This document shows, in pieces, positions 47,235-59,783 of a DNA stretch of 64,000 nucleotides (its first letter is position 1; each line of letters starts with the position of its first letter). The notes under the pieces were generated by a model, which saw only the letters and a program-made list of their open reading frames with translations, made no database searches and was not told where the DNA came from. The translations under genes were made by a program, and so were the position numbers. The stretch comes from Bispira polyomma (lineage: Eukaryota), in contig OZ287751.1 of the NCBI GenBank assembly GCA_965649765.1, positions 63,612,001 through 63,676,000 of the forward strand, read 5' to 3'.

Positions 47235-49988
47235 ATCACAGAAACACACATTAGGAGTTCTGATACTCCATCATTCCTGTCTGAACTTACCCCAGCTGAT
47301 TTTCAGCTATTCCATACCCCTCGTGTAGGTAAACAGGGTGGGGGGGTGGGATTTTTTATTAAGAAAAACTATGAATGTCGATTAGTTGCTACACCAAGCT
47401 TTACATCTTTCGAACTCATCCTTGTCTCTGCTCACTGGAAAAACCAGTGTTTAAATTTTGCCACAGTTTATCGGCCTCCTGGCTCAAATCTCACTACATT
47501 TTTCGATGAATTCATGTCCTTTGTTGGGTTTACTTGCTCGGTACCCTCTCCTACTGTATTCTGTGGGGATTTCAATATTCACATAGACATCGCATCTGGA
47601 AATAGTAATCGGTTTTCCACAGTTTTGGAATCTTGCAATCTTACCCAACACATAAACTTCCCTACCCATATTCATGGGCATACACTAGACTGCTTGCTAA
47701 CTCCGACTGATTTCAATGGTATCAGAAACATAAAAAACATTGGTTGCATCAGTGATCATTTTTCGATATCCTGTGAAATTGATGCTCCCTCCCCACCATC
47801 TTTTGATGTCACACAAATCACTTTTCGGCAATTTCAAAAAATCAATATGTCTGACCTTAGAAGAGAGTTGGCAGATACGGCCTTCGTCAAGTCTCCTGCT
47901 GATAATGCCACTGACCTATACACACAGTACTGCGCTGACCTGCAGTCTCTTATAGAACGCCATGCGCCATGTAAATCAAAGACATTGAAGAAGCCGGCAC
48001 CTGAGTGGATCACCAGTAATTATCGTGAAATGAAGATGCTGCGCAGACAAGCCAAACGAACATGGCGCCGAAACAAAACTACTACAAATAGATCTAGACT
48101 ACGCCAATGGATCACCCGGTGCAACAACACTATAAATGACTCAAAACGTGCCTACTATGCTAAGATGATATCACAAAGCGAGGGTGACCCGAAGAAACTT
48201 TGGCAAAAACTAAATAGCACCCTCCACCGTAAAAAACAGACTATACTACCAGAAAATTCCAATAGCAAATCACTGGCAAACATTTTTAGTACTTTTTTCA
48301 CTGATAAAATTACCAGAATCCGTGACGGTTTTACATTAGCTGCCCCAAATGCCCCTTTACCAACATCTCCACCAACCGTCTTCAACTGTTTCTCCACAGT
48401 AACTGTTGATGAAGTCAGGAAAATTATACTGGCATCACCCGTAAAATCTTGCTTGTTAGATCCGTGGCCCACATTCCTTGTTAAAGAATGTATTGACATT
48501 TTATTGCCCTCAATCACAAAACTTATCAACCTCTCGTTGATAAATGGCGTCTTTCCAGATGACTTTAAAAAGGCTATTGTCACTCCTCTAATAAAAAAAC
48601 CTTCTCTTCCAAAGGCTGACTTGAAAAATTACCGTCCTGTCTCAGGCCTTTGCTACATCTCTAAGTTGGTAGAACGCGCGGTTGCCTTACAGATCAAACA
48701 ACATGTTGACGTCAGCAATCTGTCCAATAAGTATCAGTCAGCGTACAAAAGTGGTCATTCTACTGAGACTGCACTTCTCTGCATCAAAAATGATGTTCAT
48801 ACATCTTTATCCAAAGGTATGCCTACTGCCTTAGTACTGCTGGATCTGTCAGCAGCCTTTGATACTATTGATCACAAAGTTCTTCTTGAATGCCTATCGT
48901 CCTGGTTCGGTATCAGCGGTATGGCGCTTAAGTGGTTCACGGCATATTTATCTGATAGATTCCAATCAGTCAAAATTGGCAATATCTTATCCGACCCAAC
49001 ATGGTTAAAATTTGGTGTTCCCCAAGGTTCCGTCCTGGGTCCCATTTTGTTTTCCATGTACACCACCCCACTCAGCAAGATTATTGCTGCATACAAAAAC
49101 ATAAACTTTCACTTCTATGCTGATGATACCCAACTGTACATCCACCTTACACCTGACTCTGCCCAGGTAGCTTTCACTTCCTTACAGAACTGCCATGTTG
49201 ATGTACAACACTGGATGGCAGCAAATAAACTCAAGCTGAACCCTGAGAAGACTGAGTTTATTTTGTTTGGCTCCAAGTCGCAACGGGAAAAATTGTCCAG
49301 CTGTTTTCCACTTGACATTCTTGGCAGTAGGTTTTTTCCAGCTGAAAAAGTACGAAACCTGGGCGTGGTGTTCGACTCTGAATTTTCCTTCTCGAACCAT
49401 GTCGCATCGGTGTGTAGATCATGTTTTGTTGGCCTCCGTGATTTCAGGCGGATTCGACGCTATCTTTCCAAATCCACTGCAGTCACTGTTGCCAATGCTT
49501 TGGTCAGCAGCAGGCTTGATTACTGCAACTCTCTGTTCCGTTCCTTATCTCGTAGTGATCTCAGACGCCTTCAGAATATCCAACACTCATTGGCACGTAT
49601 TGTGACCAAAACATCTAAATTTTCCCACATTACTCCTGTACTCAAGTCACTGCACTGGCTCCCAATAAAATATCGTGTTGCTTTCAAAACAGCAACAATA
49701 ATATATAAATTTCTAAATTCTGGATCACCCACTTATTTTAGCCCCCATCTATCCAAATATACATGCTCAGTCAGGACTAGGCGCAGTAACCCTGATAAAT
49801 TATACCTTAACATTCCCACCTTCGACCCTCGCATCCACAAATCCAAAGTTCAGTTCAATCACTGCCTAGCTCATGATGGCCCCCTCATTTGGAACAGCCT
49901 ACCTGATCATGTTCGCCTGGCTCAAACTTTCTCCTCTTTCAGGAGTAAGCTGAAGGCCTATCTTTTTGAACAGGCTTTTCCACCTTAG
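47235..49988 (+). CDS. LINE ORF2: apurinic-like endonuclease + reverse transcriptase (N-terminally truncated, no genuine start codon)
   Basis: APE motifs ITET, GGGV, YRPP, GDFNIH, THIHGHTLD, SDH; RT motifs LLDLSAAFDTIDH, GVPQGSVLGP, YADD, NLGV; L2-type C-terminus SRLDYCNSL, LHWLPI. The frame is open 37 codons upstream of the track's GTG start at 47346. Confidence 0.93.
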   Translation: MTETHIRSSDTPSFLSELTPADFQLFHTPRVGKQGGGVGFFIKKNYECRLVATPSFTSFELILVSAHWKNQCLNFATVYRPPGSNLTTFFDEFMSFVGFTCSVPSPTVFCGDFNIHIDIASGNSNRFSTVLESCNLTQHINFPTHIHGHTLDCLLTPTDFNGIRNIKNIGCISDHFSISCEIDAPSPPSFDVTQITFRQFQKINMSDLRRELADTAFVKSPADNATDLYTQYCADLQSLIERHAPCKSKTLKKPAPEWITSNYREMKMLRRQAKRTWRRNKTTTNRSRLRQWITRCNNTINDSKRAYYAKMISQSEGDPKKLWQKLNSTLHRKKQTILPENSNSKSLANIFSTFFTDKITRIRDGFTLAAPNAPLPTSPPTVFNCFSTVTVDEVRKIILASPVKSCLLDPWPTFLVKECIDILLPSITKLINLSLINGVFPDDFKKAIVTPLIKKPSLPKADLKNYRPVSGLCYISKLVERAVALQIKQHVDVSNLSNKYQSAYKSGHSTETALLCIKNDVHTSLSKGMPTALVLLDLSAAFDTIDHKVLLECLSSWFGISGMALKWFTAYLSDRFQSVKIGNILSDPTWLKFGVPQGSVLGPILFSMYTTPLSKIIAAYKNINFHFYADDTQLYIHLTPDSAQVAFTSLQNCHVDVQHWMAANKLKLNPEKTEFILFGSKSQREKLSSCFPLDILGSRFFPAEKVRNLGVVFDSEFSFSNHVASVCRSCFVGLRDFRRIRRYLSKSTAVTVANALVSSRLDYCNSLFRSLSRSDLRRLQNIQHSLARIVTKTSKFSHITPVLKSLHWLPIKYRVAFKTATIIYKFLNSGSPTYFSPHLSKYTCSVRTRRSNPDKLYLNIPTFDPRIHKSKVQFNHCLAHDGPLIWNSLPDHVRLAQTFSSFRSKLKAYLFEQAFPP

Positions 49989-50109
49989 CCGTCGCAACCA
50001 TCTACGGTAGTCTCCCTGGTTACGACTTCCATCCGCCCACTATTTTTGATTTGCGATTAACGTTTTGGGTTTGTTGCGCCTTAGAATTTGTTGTACAAAG
50101 ATTAAGCGC
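47235..50109 (+). mobile_element. 5'-truncated L2-clade (CR1 group) non-LTR retrotransposon
   Basis: Open ORF2 followed by a ~120-nt 3' UTR ending GCGCCTTAGAAT...GATTAAGCGC, which runs into the N gap; no ORF1. Confidence 0.93.
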
Positions 50110-50253
50110 NNNNNNNNNNNNNNNNNNNNNNNNNNNNNNNNNNNNNNNNNNNNNNNNNNNNNNNNNNNNNNNNNNNNNNNNNNNNNNNNNNNNNNNNNNN
50201 NNNNNNNNNNNNNNNNNNNNNNNNNNNNNNNNNNNNNNNNNNNNNNNNNNNNN
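50110..50253. other. Assembly gap (144 N)
   Basis: Run of N directly after the LINE 3' UTR. Confidence 1.
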
Positions 50254-50637
50254 CAATTAATTGCCGATAATGAGTAACTTAAGTCAATTATAAATACTCC
50301 AAGACATTAATTCGTCCGGCGCCATAAACGTTGCCACATTTTGAATATTCACTTTTTCAGATTTCTTGCATTATTCCCAGTGGCTTCCCCACAAATGTGC
50401 CGCTAAAACCGTTGGGCCCGTACTCATAAAAGCTGTAAGACCGATTTTTGTCTCAATTTGTGTCAGACTTGGTAGGTATTCACCAAAGAGTTGAGACGAT
50501 GGTCAATCTCAGATTTGCAAGTCTCAAAATTAAGGGTAGTTGATGCTTTGTGTCTGATGTATTCCGCTAGACTTTCTTTTGAGTATATGAGGACAGTATG
50601 ACTTTATATATAGACACTAATGCTAGTATTTCCACAG

Positions 50638-52189
50638 GGATGGAGGACAAAAAGTATTTGGACATAAAGTATTTGACCAAAAAGAACCTAGACAAAAAGT
50701 ATTTGGACAAAAAGTATCACACATAGGACAAAATGTATTTTTTATTAGGTAGGTATGAGTTTTTAATTTGAATATCTTTTTAAAATCATAAATATTGTGT
50801 ATTTTTAATAATTATTTTTAGTGTTTAGCACACTCTCCTCAAAAAATGCATGGCTTTTGACATGGCTTTAAACTTGATGCATTATGATTCCTTTGATGTA
50901 TTTTATTTGTAGCATCAAAGCTACATAATGTAAGACAGAATTAAGGATTAACTTAAAGGGTGGGAATAATGTAATTGTAATTAAGGCCATCTTTGAAGGG
51001 ACTACATTTTTACATTTATAATAGGTCATTGTAATGTCCAATTGTAATTCTGTCTAGTTTGGAAGGATATGAACCTGCTCAAGAGGATTAAAAATCTTTT
51101 AAAGTGTGCTCTAGTAAGTTAGAGCAGTTAAGGTGTACAAAAAAGTCAGAGCATAGATTAAAGATAATGACCTGCTCAGGAAAATTAAGATGTACAACTA
51201 TATAAACTGGCTGAATTTGTTCTTGTCATCATTTAAATTATTTTTATCATGGAGATAATTACAAGCAACAAGGGAGGACTGAAGTTATGTTTAGATGTAT
51301 AACTTAGATGCAGAATGGTGAAAAAAGCATGGAAGATTTCTTTAAGTCAATAGGACATACTATAAGACTGGGTTGATGGAAAACTGCCAATTAGGAAATT
51401 ATCCCATCAAGTGTTTCCCATCAGGAAATTTTCCCATCAACTGAATTGAGGGGTTGGAAATTCTACCATCAATAGTAAAATTTTATTTATTATTCCATAC
51501 TAAATTATACAATATTACTTGATATACCTTTTATTACATTTTAGGTACATTATACAAGTTTTAGCACTATCACTTTATGGAATTTCTAATTAGATAAATA
51601 GATATTTTTTTTATAATACTGACATTAAATATAATATTCTAATTTAATGTGTGTTTAAAAGGTATAAAACTATTATTTTGCAGAAATGGTAAAATTCACA
51701 ATTTAATAAATTTCTATATCTTCAATTCTTCGGAAAATTTTGATTTCCTATATTCAAATTATTTAGATAAAAATTTTGAGCACAAGTAAAAACACTTTTG
51801 TAAAGAAAAATATTTTGCTAATGACATTTCACCACAATTTAAAAAAAATGATGGGAAATTTTTCTACCCCTCCAATTAGCTGATGGGAAGTTTTCCTGAT
51901 GGGAAATAATTGATGGGATAATTTCCTGACGGGCAGTTTTCCTGATAGGCAGTTTTCAGGGATTCGTAGGACTGTGTTAGGTTGCATATATGAAGGACAA
52001 CTAGACAACTAATGGCATCTATGTACAAATTAATTGAATATATGTTAATGTTTATGTTTATATAATAATAAATGTTTATCAAAAAAATAATACTTTTTGT
52101 CCTAAGTGTAATACTTTTGTCCAGAAACTTTTTGTCTAGGTTCTTTTTGGTCCAATACTTTTTGTTCGAATACTTTTTGTCCGTACCAC
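50638..52189. mobile_element. Mutator-like (MULE) non-autonomous element, ~1.55 kb
   Basis: ~105-bp imperfect TIRs built of GGACAAAAAGTAT repeats, G at the terminus; perfect 9-bp TSD TTTCCACAG (50629-50637, 52190-52198). Confidence 0.85.
51371..51965. mobile_element. Nested MULE-like MITE (595 bp)
   Basis: ~100-bp TIRs with GAAAACTGCC and TCCCATCA repeats; decayed 9-bp TSD ATAAGACTG / GTAGGACTG. Confidence 0.75.
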
Positions 52190-53610
52190 TTTCCACAGAG
52201 AGGACTGGCCAAATTTATATAGTGTAATCATAATGACTTCATGCATGGTGGTGGATAAAGATATAATAAGATTTGTGAGCAAGTCTAGTGTCCCGCAAAA
52301 AGTCTCGAGCATTACTCTGTATAAATATTTAACACTGTCTTATTTTTATGTTGTAAAATGAACAAGAAGTATTTTATTATTGCTTACTATCCATACATAT
52401 CATTTAATTGATAAATAACCATTTTTTAGGGCCTCAAAACTACCTTTTTTGAGGCATTATTACATTATTTTGAGACATTTTTAACATACATTTTTGATTT
52501 CAAAGCAATCACTCAAATAGTTCATCTGAGACTAAAAAATAAATATACTTCAATATTTATTTTGAATACAAATAAAAAGTGCACAAATACTTGGTCTGGT
52601 CAAAATATTTAAACTATTTGTGTATGTTTCCATTTTACAGACTTGATCTCAGCATTAAATCTCAACTGAGTCACTTTTGTGATTACCGAAACTTGAGATA
52701 GCTGACACAGTCGATAAATAATGTACCCATTCAATACATGTTCTTTTCTTAAGTTTCTTTCACACAAGCTTCCAAATATTTTACTACTGCGAAATGGATA
52801 CATTTGTTTCTAATATAATATACGTCGTGAAATCTATGTAAACATTATTGAAAGTTCTTAGGACGTATGGGAAACAGATTAACTTAATTGAGACTGGGAG
52901 CCAGATAAACTTGAGACTGGTAGCCAGATTACCTTGAGACTATGAATCTCAAAATCTGAGACCATCTTTAGTCTCAGACTCAAGACTTATTCGTGAATAC
53001 AGACTTCCGGAGGTGAATTTTTTAAAGATTTGTTTATTATATTGTCTTTCCATTATATTCTACTTAGTTTTTTTCTTTTTGGGTGGGTCCTGTATCTCGT
53101 GCACAATAAGGACTTAAGCAGGAATTTCAAATACATACCCATTGCATTAAAAAACCAAAACAACATTCAAACACACAACTTACTAGTTGCCCTATGTTCA
53201 GACTATGAAGTTGTATTTGTTCTAATCCGGTCTCAGATTGGGACTAACCCTCCTGTCTGCTTCAACCTGAATTACCACAAAATCCTCCCATGATATCTAG
53301 CAAATTCTCCCTGGGGGTATATACTAGGAAATCCACCCCAGCTGGGAGGCCCTGCCAAGAACAGATCCCGGATTCTCAAACCCAGACAACATCCTCATAA
53401 CTGGGACCCTATCTGCATGTCACCATAATGCACGGTGAACTAGAACCTGGTATATTATCATAATGTACTCATTCACTGTAAATATCTGCAACAAGCGACA
53501 CATACCAGTATAAGGACTATGTTATATTGTTGATCCCACCAAGGGGTATGTAGTTTCATCAGCTGTCTATTGGTTTGAATCAATTTTGCAAACTTTGTTG
53601 AGGGCCATGA

Positions 53611-55007
53611 CATAGGACAAGGAAGAAACCAGTGCAATAAGGCAGGGAAGAAACCAGTGCAATATGGCAGGGAAGAAACCAGTGCAATAAGGCAGGGAAG
53701 AAGCCAGTGCAATAAGGCAGGGAAGAAACCAGTGCAATAAGGCAGGGAAGAAGCCAGTGCAATAAGGCAGGGAAGAAACCAGTGCAATAAGGCAGGGAAG
53801 AAGCCAGTGCAATAAGGCAGGGAAGAAACCAGTGCAATAGGGCAAGGAAGAAACCCATGCAATAAGGAAAGGAAGAAACCAGTGTTATAGGTAAAGGAAG
53901 AAACCAGTGCAATAGGGAATGGGAGAAACCAGTGCAATAGGGAAAGGGCGAAAACCAGTGCAATAGGTAAAGAAAGAAACCAGTGCAATAGGTAAAGAAA
54001 GAAACTAGTGCAATAGGTAAAGGAAGAAACCAGTGCAATAGGGCAGGGAAGCAACCAGTGCAATAGGACAAGGAAGAAACCAGTGCAATAAGGAAAGGAA
54101 GAAACCAGTGCAAAAGGGAAAGGTAGAAACCAATGCAATAGGTACAGGAAGACACTAGTGCAATAGGTAAAGAAAGAAACCAGTGCAATAGGTAAAGGAA
54201 GAAACCAGTGCAATAGGTAAAGGAAGAAACCAGTGCAATAGGTAAAGGAAGAAACCAGTGCAAAAGGGAAGCAGAAACCAATGCGATAGGGCAAGGAAGA
54301 AACCAGTGCAATAGGTAAAGAAAGAAACCAGTGCAATAGGTAAAGGAAGAAACCAGTGCAATAGGGCAGGGAAGAAACCAGTGCAATAGGGCAAGGAAGA
54401 ATCAGTGCAATAAGGAAAGGAAGAAACCAGTGCAATAGGTAAAGGAAGAAACCAGTGCAAAAGGGAAAGGCAGAAACCAATGCAATAGGGCAAGGAAGAA
54501 ACCAGTGCAATAGGTAAAGACAGAAACCAGTGCAATAGGTAAAGGAAGAAACCAGTCCAACAGGTAAAGGAAGAAACCAGTGCAATAGGGCAGGGAAGAA
54601 ACCAGTGCAATAGGGCAAGAAAGAAACCAGTGCAAAAAAGGAAAGAAAGAAACCAGTGCAATAGAAAAAGGGAGAAACCAGTGCAATAGCTAAAGGAAGA
54701 AACCAGTGCAATAGGTAAAGGAAGAAGCCAGTGCAAAATGTAAAGGAGGAAACCAGTGCAATAGGTAAAGGAAGAAACCAGTGCAATAGGGAAAGGAAGA
54801 AACAAATGCAATTGGGAAAGGGAGAAACCAGTGCAATAGGGCAAGGGGAAAACCAGTGCAATAGGGCAAGGGAGAAACCAATGCAATAGGGCAAGAAAGA
54901 AACCAGTGCAATATGACAAGAAAAAAACCAGTGCAATAAGGCAAGGGAGAAACCAGTGCAATAGGACAAGGGAGAAACCAATGCAATAGGGCAAGAGAGA
55001 AACCAAT
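53611..55007. repeat. 25-bp minisatellite, ~56 copies
   Basis: Unit GG(T/C)A(A/G)(A/G)GGAAGAAACCAGTGCAATA; strongly purine-rich on the + strand. Confidence 0.97.
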
Positions 55008-58000
55008 CACTGTTGGTACAGACACGGGTAAATCACAGAACCTTTTTGATTTTGTAGTCCATTGCGGAGTTGAACTCTACTGAGTTCTCTTTCTCAAACA
55101 TGGTGCTTTCTGGTTCGCTTACAGGGAAAATTTAGCTTTTAAAAGGTAAAAGATTAGATTAGAAAACCGTTGCTGACAGAAAATATTGCTGTATTGCTCC
55201 AATGATTAGGAGCTCTATGAGTGAGTTATAAAATACGTGTCGGACTGGTCAAGCAACTAGTGAAAAGAATAACTTTCTCGATTGTACCAAAACAAGAGGT
55301 CAATGTGAAGGTATCACTAATAATGGTACTCGCATCAAAGCTACAAAAACAGCTGTACATTGGGGTAATCAGTTATCAAATAATTTTAATGTCAAATTAA
55401 AGTACAAGTAATTTATGCATTATTTTTTCAGTAATTGTCAACTCGGTCAATGCTTTGTTCTCCCATGCTCACTATCATGTAAGATATACCTTACTCTGTC
55501 AGTTTTGTATGACCTTATATAGAAGACTTGACTTCCCCATCTATTTAGTAAATTTTACACCATGTGGAGAAAAGCAGTTAGAAAAGTATAGACGTCTTCT
55601 ATCTCCTCATGTATAAATACTGCTTGTTTGAAATGAATGTACTTACCTGTATGAATAAATAAATAGATAAATTTACCCTTCATAGCGGAGTAATATCCAC
55701 ACCATTACAATTCTGTGAATTTTTCCACTGACTAAAGGTAGTTTTTAAACTTAATGCAGGACCATAAAAAAAATATTTTTCTGGATATTTCAAAATTTTA
55801 AATAAGCATTTTAAATTTCGAAATCAAAAATGGCCCTAAACGCAATATAGGCATTAAATTTCTTTTGAATTCTAATATCCATCTGTCCTAATTTAAATGA
55901 CACCTGGGGAACCTCGTAAACAGTACTTAAGGGATAACACATGACAAAGCATGCTATACGGTAATTTTTAGCACGATTGGAGGCGTAGTAACACAAAGGC
56001 GAAGGCTGAGTGTTTCTAAGCTCTAAGAGTTTTAAAATTACCAAATAGCATGCTTTGGAATGGGTTAACCCTATTCCAACATGACAAATTTTAATTATTA
56101 GCTGATTCCAGTTGTTTTTACTTTAAAATTACACTTAGCAAAGGAACTATATCCATTTGGGCACTGCAGACGAAATTAGTCCACTTCCGTTTGTGCATAT
56201 ACAGTTATTTTTAACATAGAATTTAGCCAATCAGAATCGCGGACACAGCCGTGTCGCGTTAGAATCTATTTTCAAAGAGTATGAACACTAACATAAACAC
56301 TATCCTATATCTAAATTTATAACTTTTACTTAGTTGCTTTGATTTTGAATATATTGAGTAAAACATGTATTTATGATAACATTTCTTTATAGTACCAATC
56401 CATCCAACATTAATATGACTGTGAAGCCTCTACATCATGTGACGTAATTTATGTCATTCTTTACCCAAAACTGGTAGATCATATAAGAGGTCATTATGAA
56501 CTACAAACCAGTTTAAACCTATTTTAAATGAGAACATTGTAATTTTACAACATAACAAAATAATCGAGCCCTTCTCTCACTTTTCCAATGTAACATTCAG
56601 GAATACAAACCATTTAGTCAGAAAAATTTCTCCAATGAAAGAACTCATCAACCATGTGGCGATGTATGATCTTACCATTTGCGATAAATATTTGTGGTTT
56701 GTGTATCCACAGTGTGATTTGGTACAGGGATTACAGGACTTTTAATTGATTTAATATTGTTTAGCGAAAATTTCTGCTTCGGGAGCAAGAACTTTATCCC
56801 AATCGCAAATAGTACAGTGGGTTTGTGTGTGTGGAGACAGTTGTATATAATTTATAAGGAGGAGACAAATCGCAAATTGTTCATGGTATGGCGAAAATAG
56901 TACTTGTGGAGACGTACACTTACAGTGGCCAGTAATAATTTAGTGATTGGTGTGTTAATGGTTGGTATGTACTACTGAAAGTTATGTACTGACTTTCAGG
57001 TATAGATCTGAATGTTGTTATTGACCAACAAAGTTATAAAAAGGCTAACATACATGTACTATAACATTTTATATATATTACATCTTTACACATGTATTAT
57101 AAGGATATGTTATAAATGATACAATTTATTTTTGTTCCAGATAATTTTTTTAGCCCTTTATGTTTAATTAATGATTAAATGTTTCAAATTATCAAGCCAT
57201 TTTAAAATGTAGATTTTAACCTAAATTTAACACAGTTAATGTGTCCTTCACATAAGAAAGACACTTCACAAAAACGTTTAGCCATCTCCATAACGTTCTC
57301 TTATAATAATCAAAGCTAAAAGCTTCAGTGGTGCTGTGAACTAAAATCATATGATATCTAAATGTAGGCTTAAGGGCTATACAGACGACCGCCCACGACA
57401 CGGCACAACATTTTTTAGAACTTTCTCTAAGGCAAATTGCAGTGTCGTGCATTGTGGTGTAGTGTAGTGCTGGGATCAATCTGAATAATCAATATATATT
57501 GTCTTGTTTCTATTTTTATGTAGTGTCATGAGCGTTCTGTTAGATTGGTTATATTTTACTTACGTCAGTCAGGGTTTATCAATAAACCGATTTACATGAT
57601 ATTTAGTGAATGGCTAGGAATAATAAATTTTGGAGAATGCTTGTTGCTGGTGTATGGTTTAAATACCTACTTAAATATGAATTCATGATGTTTGATCACA
57701 CTTTAGACCAAGAGTGACAATGCATGAGTTTAATACATTCGTTACCATATAAAAAGCCCAGCTTTTTAAAAGGTTAAAGTAAGATTGTATTTAATATATA
57801 ATGATGAGTATTTCCAGGGTGGCATTCACAAAGAAGGGTTAAATCGAGACATTTTCCTCAATATATTGCAAAAAAAGTATACTAGATTTAAGACAAAGTC
57901 ATGTTGTAGCCCTTTTGTGAATACCACCCCAGTTGTATAATATATAACTTGTACCTGCCATGATTTTGTACAAGTTACAACTTGTAAAAATGTGTTATCT

Positions 58001-58079
58001 GCTTTTGTTATAACTTGTACAACTCAACCATACATCTGATAACTTGTACAAAATCCTAACATTGTGCACGACATGTATA

Positions 58080-59783
58080 TGTTACAGTAAATATGTGAAA
58101 TCAGTAAATACGCGTATTTACTGAAGTTTTTAGGGATTATGCGTATTTACTGACCAAATCAGTAAATACGCGTAATCCCTAAAAATTTCAGTAAATATGC
58201 GTACTTACTGGTTTTTGGGTCTAGTAAGTTCATGTATTTACTGAATTGTCTCATTGTTCTTCAAGCGACGATTAACTGGCCACATTAAGTCTTTTTTATC
58301 CATATGATGTATTATTATGTGGTAGTGGTGATTTTACAAGTTTTCAAAGAGTTCATTTTTATTTAGGTCAATTTACTTGGGCATATTACTTATATATATA
58401 TATATACTATGTTGTCTATTCTAAGTGTAGTTTGTACATATTGTTATTAATTTAAACTAAAAAGAGTTCTAAAAGATCAAGATATTATACTACACATAGA
58501 TACCCAGTTAATACATTTCACACCACCTGGTTATTTCAAGTCATTTAAAGTTTACAGCATTTTTATAAATTTTAGTATTTATGTAGGTATTATGTAGTAT
58601 TTATAACTTCTACAAAAAACTTTTTACTGAGCTTACTTTGCCAAAAATACTTTGATAAAAGGTAGTGCTGATGTCTGCTCTTATTCATCTTTTGGAATAA
58701 AATTTTATTTTAATCAAATTTAGTGTATAAATCTTGCTTGAATCTATGTTCAACTGAATCAGCCATTCTGTATATGTATAAATCCTCATTGAATTGATAG
58801 CAGACAAGCAGTCTTTATTTTTAGACAATAGTATGTGATAACAATTAATGGCCAACTACATATTCAATGGTTGATTATTTTGAACCTTCTTAAGCTGGCC
58901 TAATAGATTTTTCAAACTGAAAAGCCACATCTCAACTTAACTATAATTGTTTTCAAAGTTATGAAGCCACAAATATCGCATATAATTGGATGACCAGCAT
59001 CCAACATAAGGCAATTGTGAGTCTTCCGTGAGATTTACAGTACACAGAAGCCACATTTTAGAGTTTTAAGTACATCAAAAGAAGGGTTTGTAAAGGGTTC
59101 TTTTTATGTAATTATCATATTACCTTCAAAGCTAATGTGGCCTGTGCAGAAATGTAATTGAGTCTTTGATGATATTTGAATGCTATAGAAGCCACAGATA
59201 ACTGATTACAATATTATCAAAAAAAAGTACCTGATAACCTTTAGTCTTTATTTAATAGAATAATAAGTTAAAATTATGTTTAATTTTCACAGTTTTATAA
59301 TTATTCAATTTTAAACCTAAAACAAAAAAAAATAAGTTAAAATGTTTAATTTTCACAGTTTGATAATTATTCAATTTTAAATGTAAAACAAATAAGAGTG
59401 TTTAATTTGTATATAATATGTGTAAACCAATATTTTGACCACACTTGTGTAAATAGACAATAATGTGAATACAAAATACATGTAATATAGCATGCTTTTA
59501 AGTGACCTACCTAAATCCAGATATTTTAAAACTTTAAACACAAACCATCAAATAATACTATATATATCATATGATATTTATCTTTTAAATGTCAATAAAA
59601 ACCCTTGGATGAAATCTTCACATTACACATGTTTACTAAAATGACCACCAGTAAACTTGTGAAATAATGCAGGCCCAAAACAAGTAAATACGCGTATTTA
59701 CTGAAATTTTTAGGGATTATCCATATTTACTGACCAAATCAGTAAATACGCGTATTTACTGATTTCACATATTTACTGTAACA
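58080..59783. mobile_element. 1.7-kb non-autonomous TIR element with TGT...ACA ends (Ginger-like, tentative)
   Basis: Perfect 45-bp TIR TGTTACAGTAAATATGTGAAATCAGTAAATACGCGTATTTACTGA at both ends; flanks TATA / TAAA. Confidence 0.8.
59262..59390. repeat. ~70-bp direct duplication
   Basis: AATAAGTTAAAAT(TAT)GTTTAATTTTCACAGTTT.ATAATTATTCAATTTTAAA twice. Confidence 0.8.

Noticed and set aside
47346-49988. Retron, group II intron or defence-type reverse transcriptase
   Set aside because: APE + RT + SRLDYCN/LHWLP architecture and the 3' UTR are those of a standard L2-clade LINE.
50020-50277. ORFs with X runs
   Set aside because: They are artefacts of translating through the N gap.
51876-52196. 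106-aa Lys-rich ORF
   Set aside because: It is read across the repetitive TIRs of the nested MULE-like elements.
53611-55007. CRISPR-like array (constant GAAACCAGTGCAATA with variable linkers)
   Set aside because: The linkers are ~10-nt variants of one another, not unique spacers; there are no cas genes and the context is eukaryotic.
53473-55025. Long hydrophobic ORFs (502, 283, 268 aa) resembling membrane proteins
   Set aside because: They are translations of the 25-bp repeat, open in all three minus frames with the same cycling peptide.
58950-59240. Spliced transposase remnant inside the TGT...ACA element
   Set aside because: Some splice-like sites and short open stretches exist, but no recognisable catalytic motif; a TBLASTX search would be needed.
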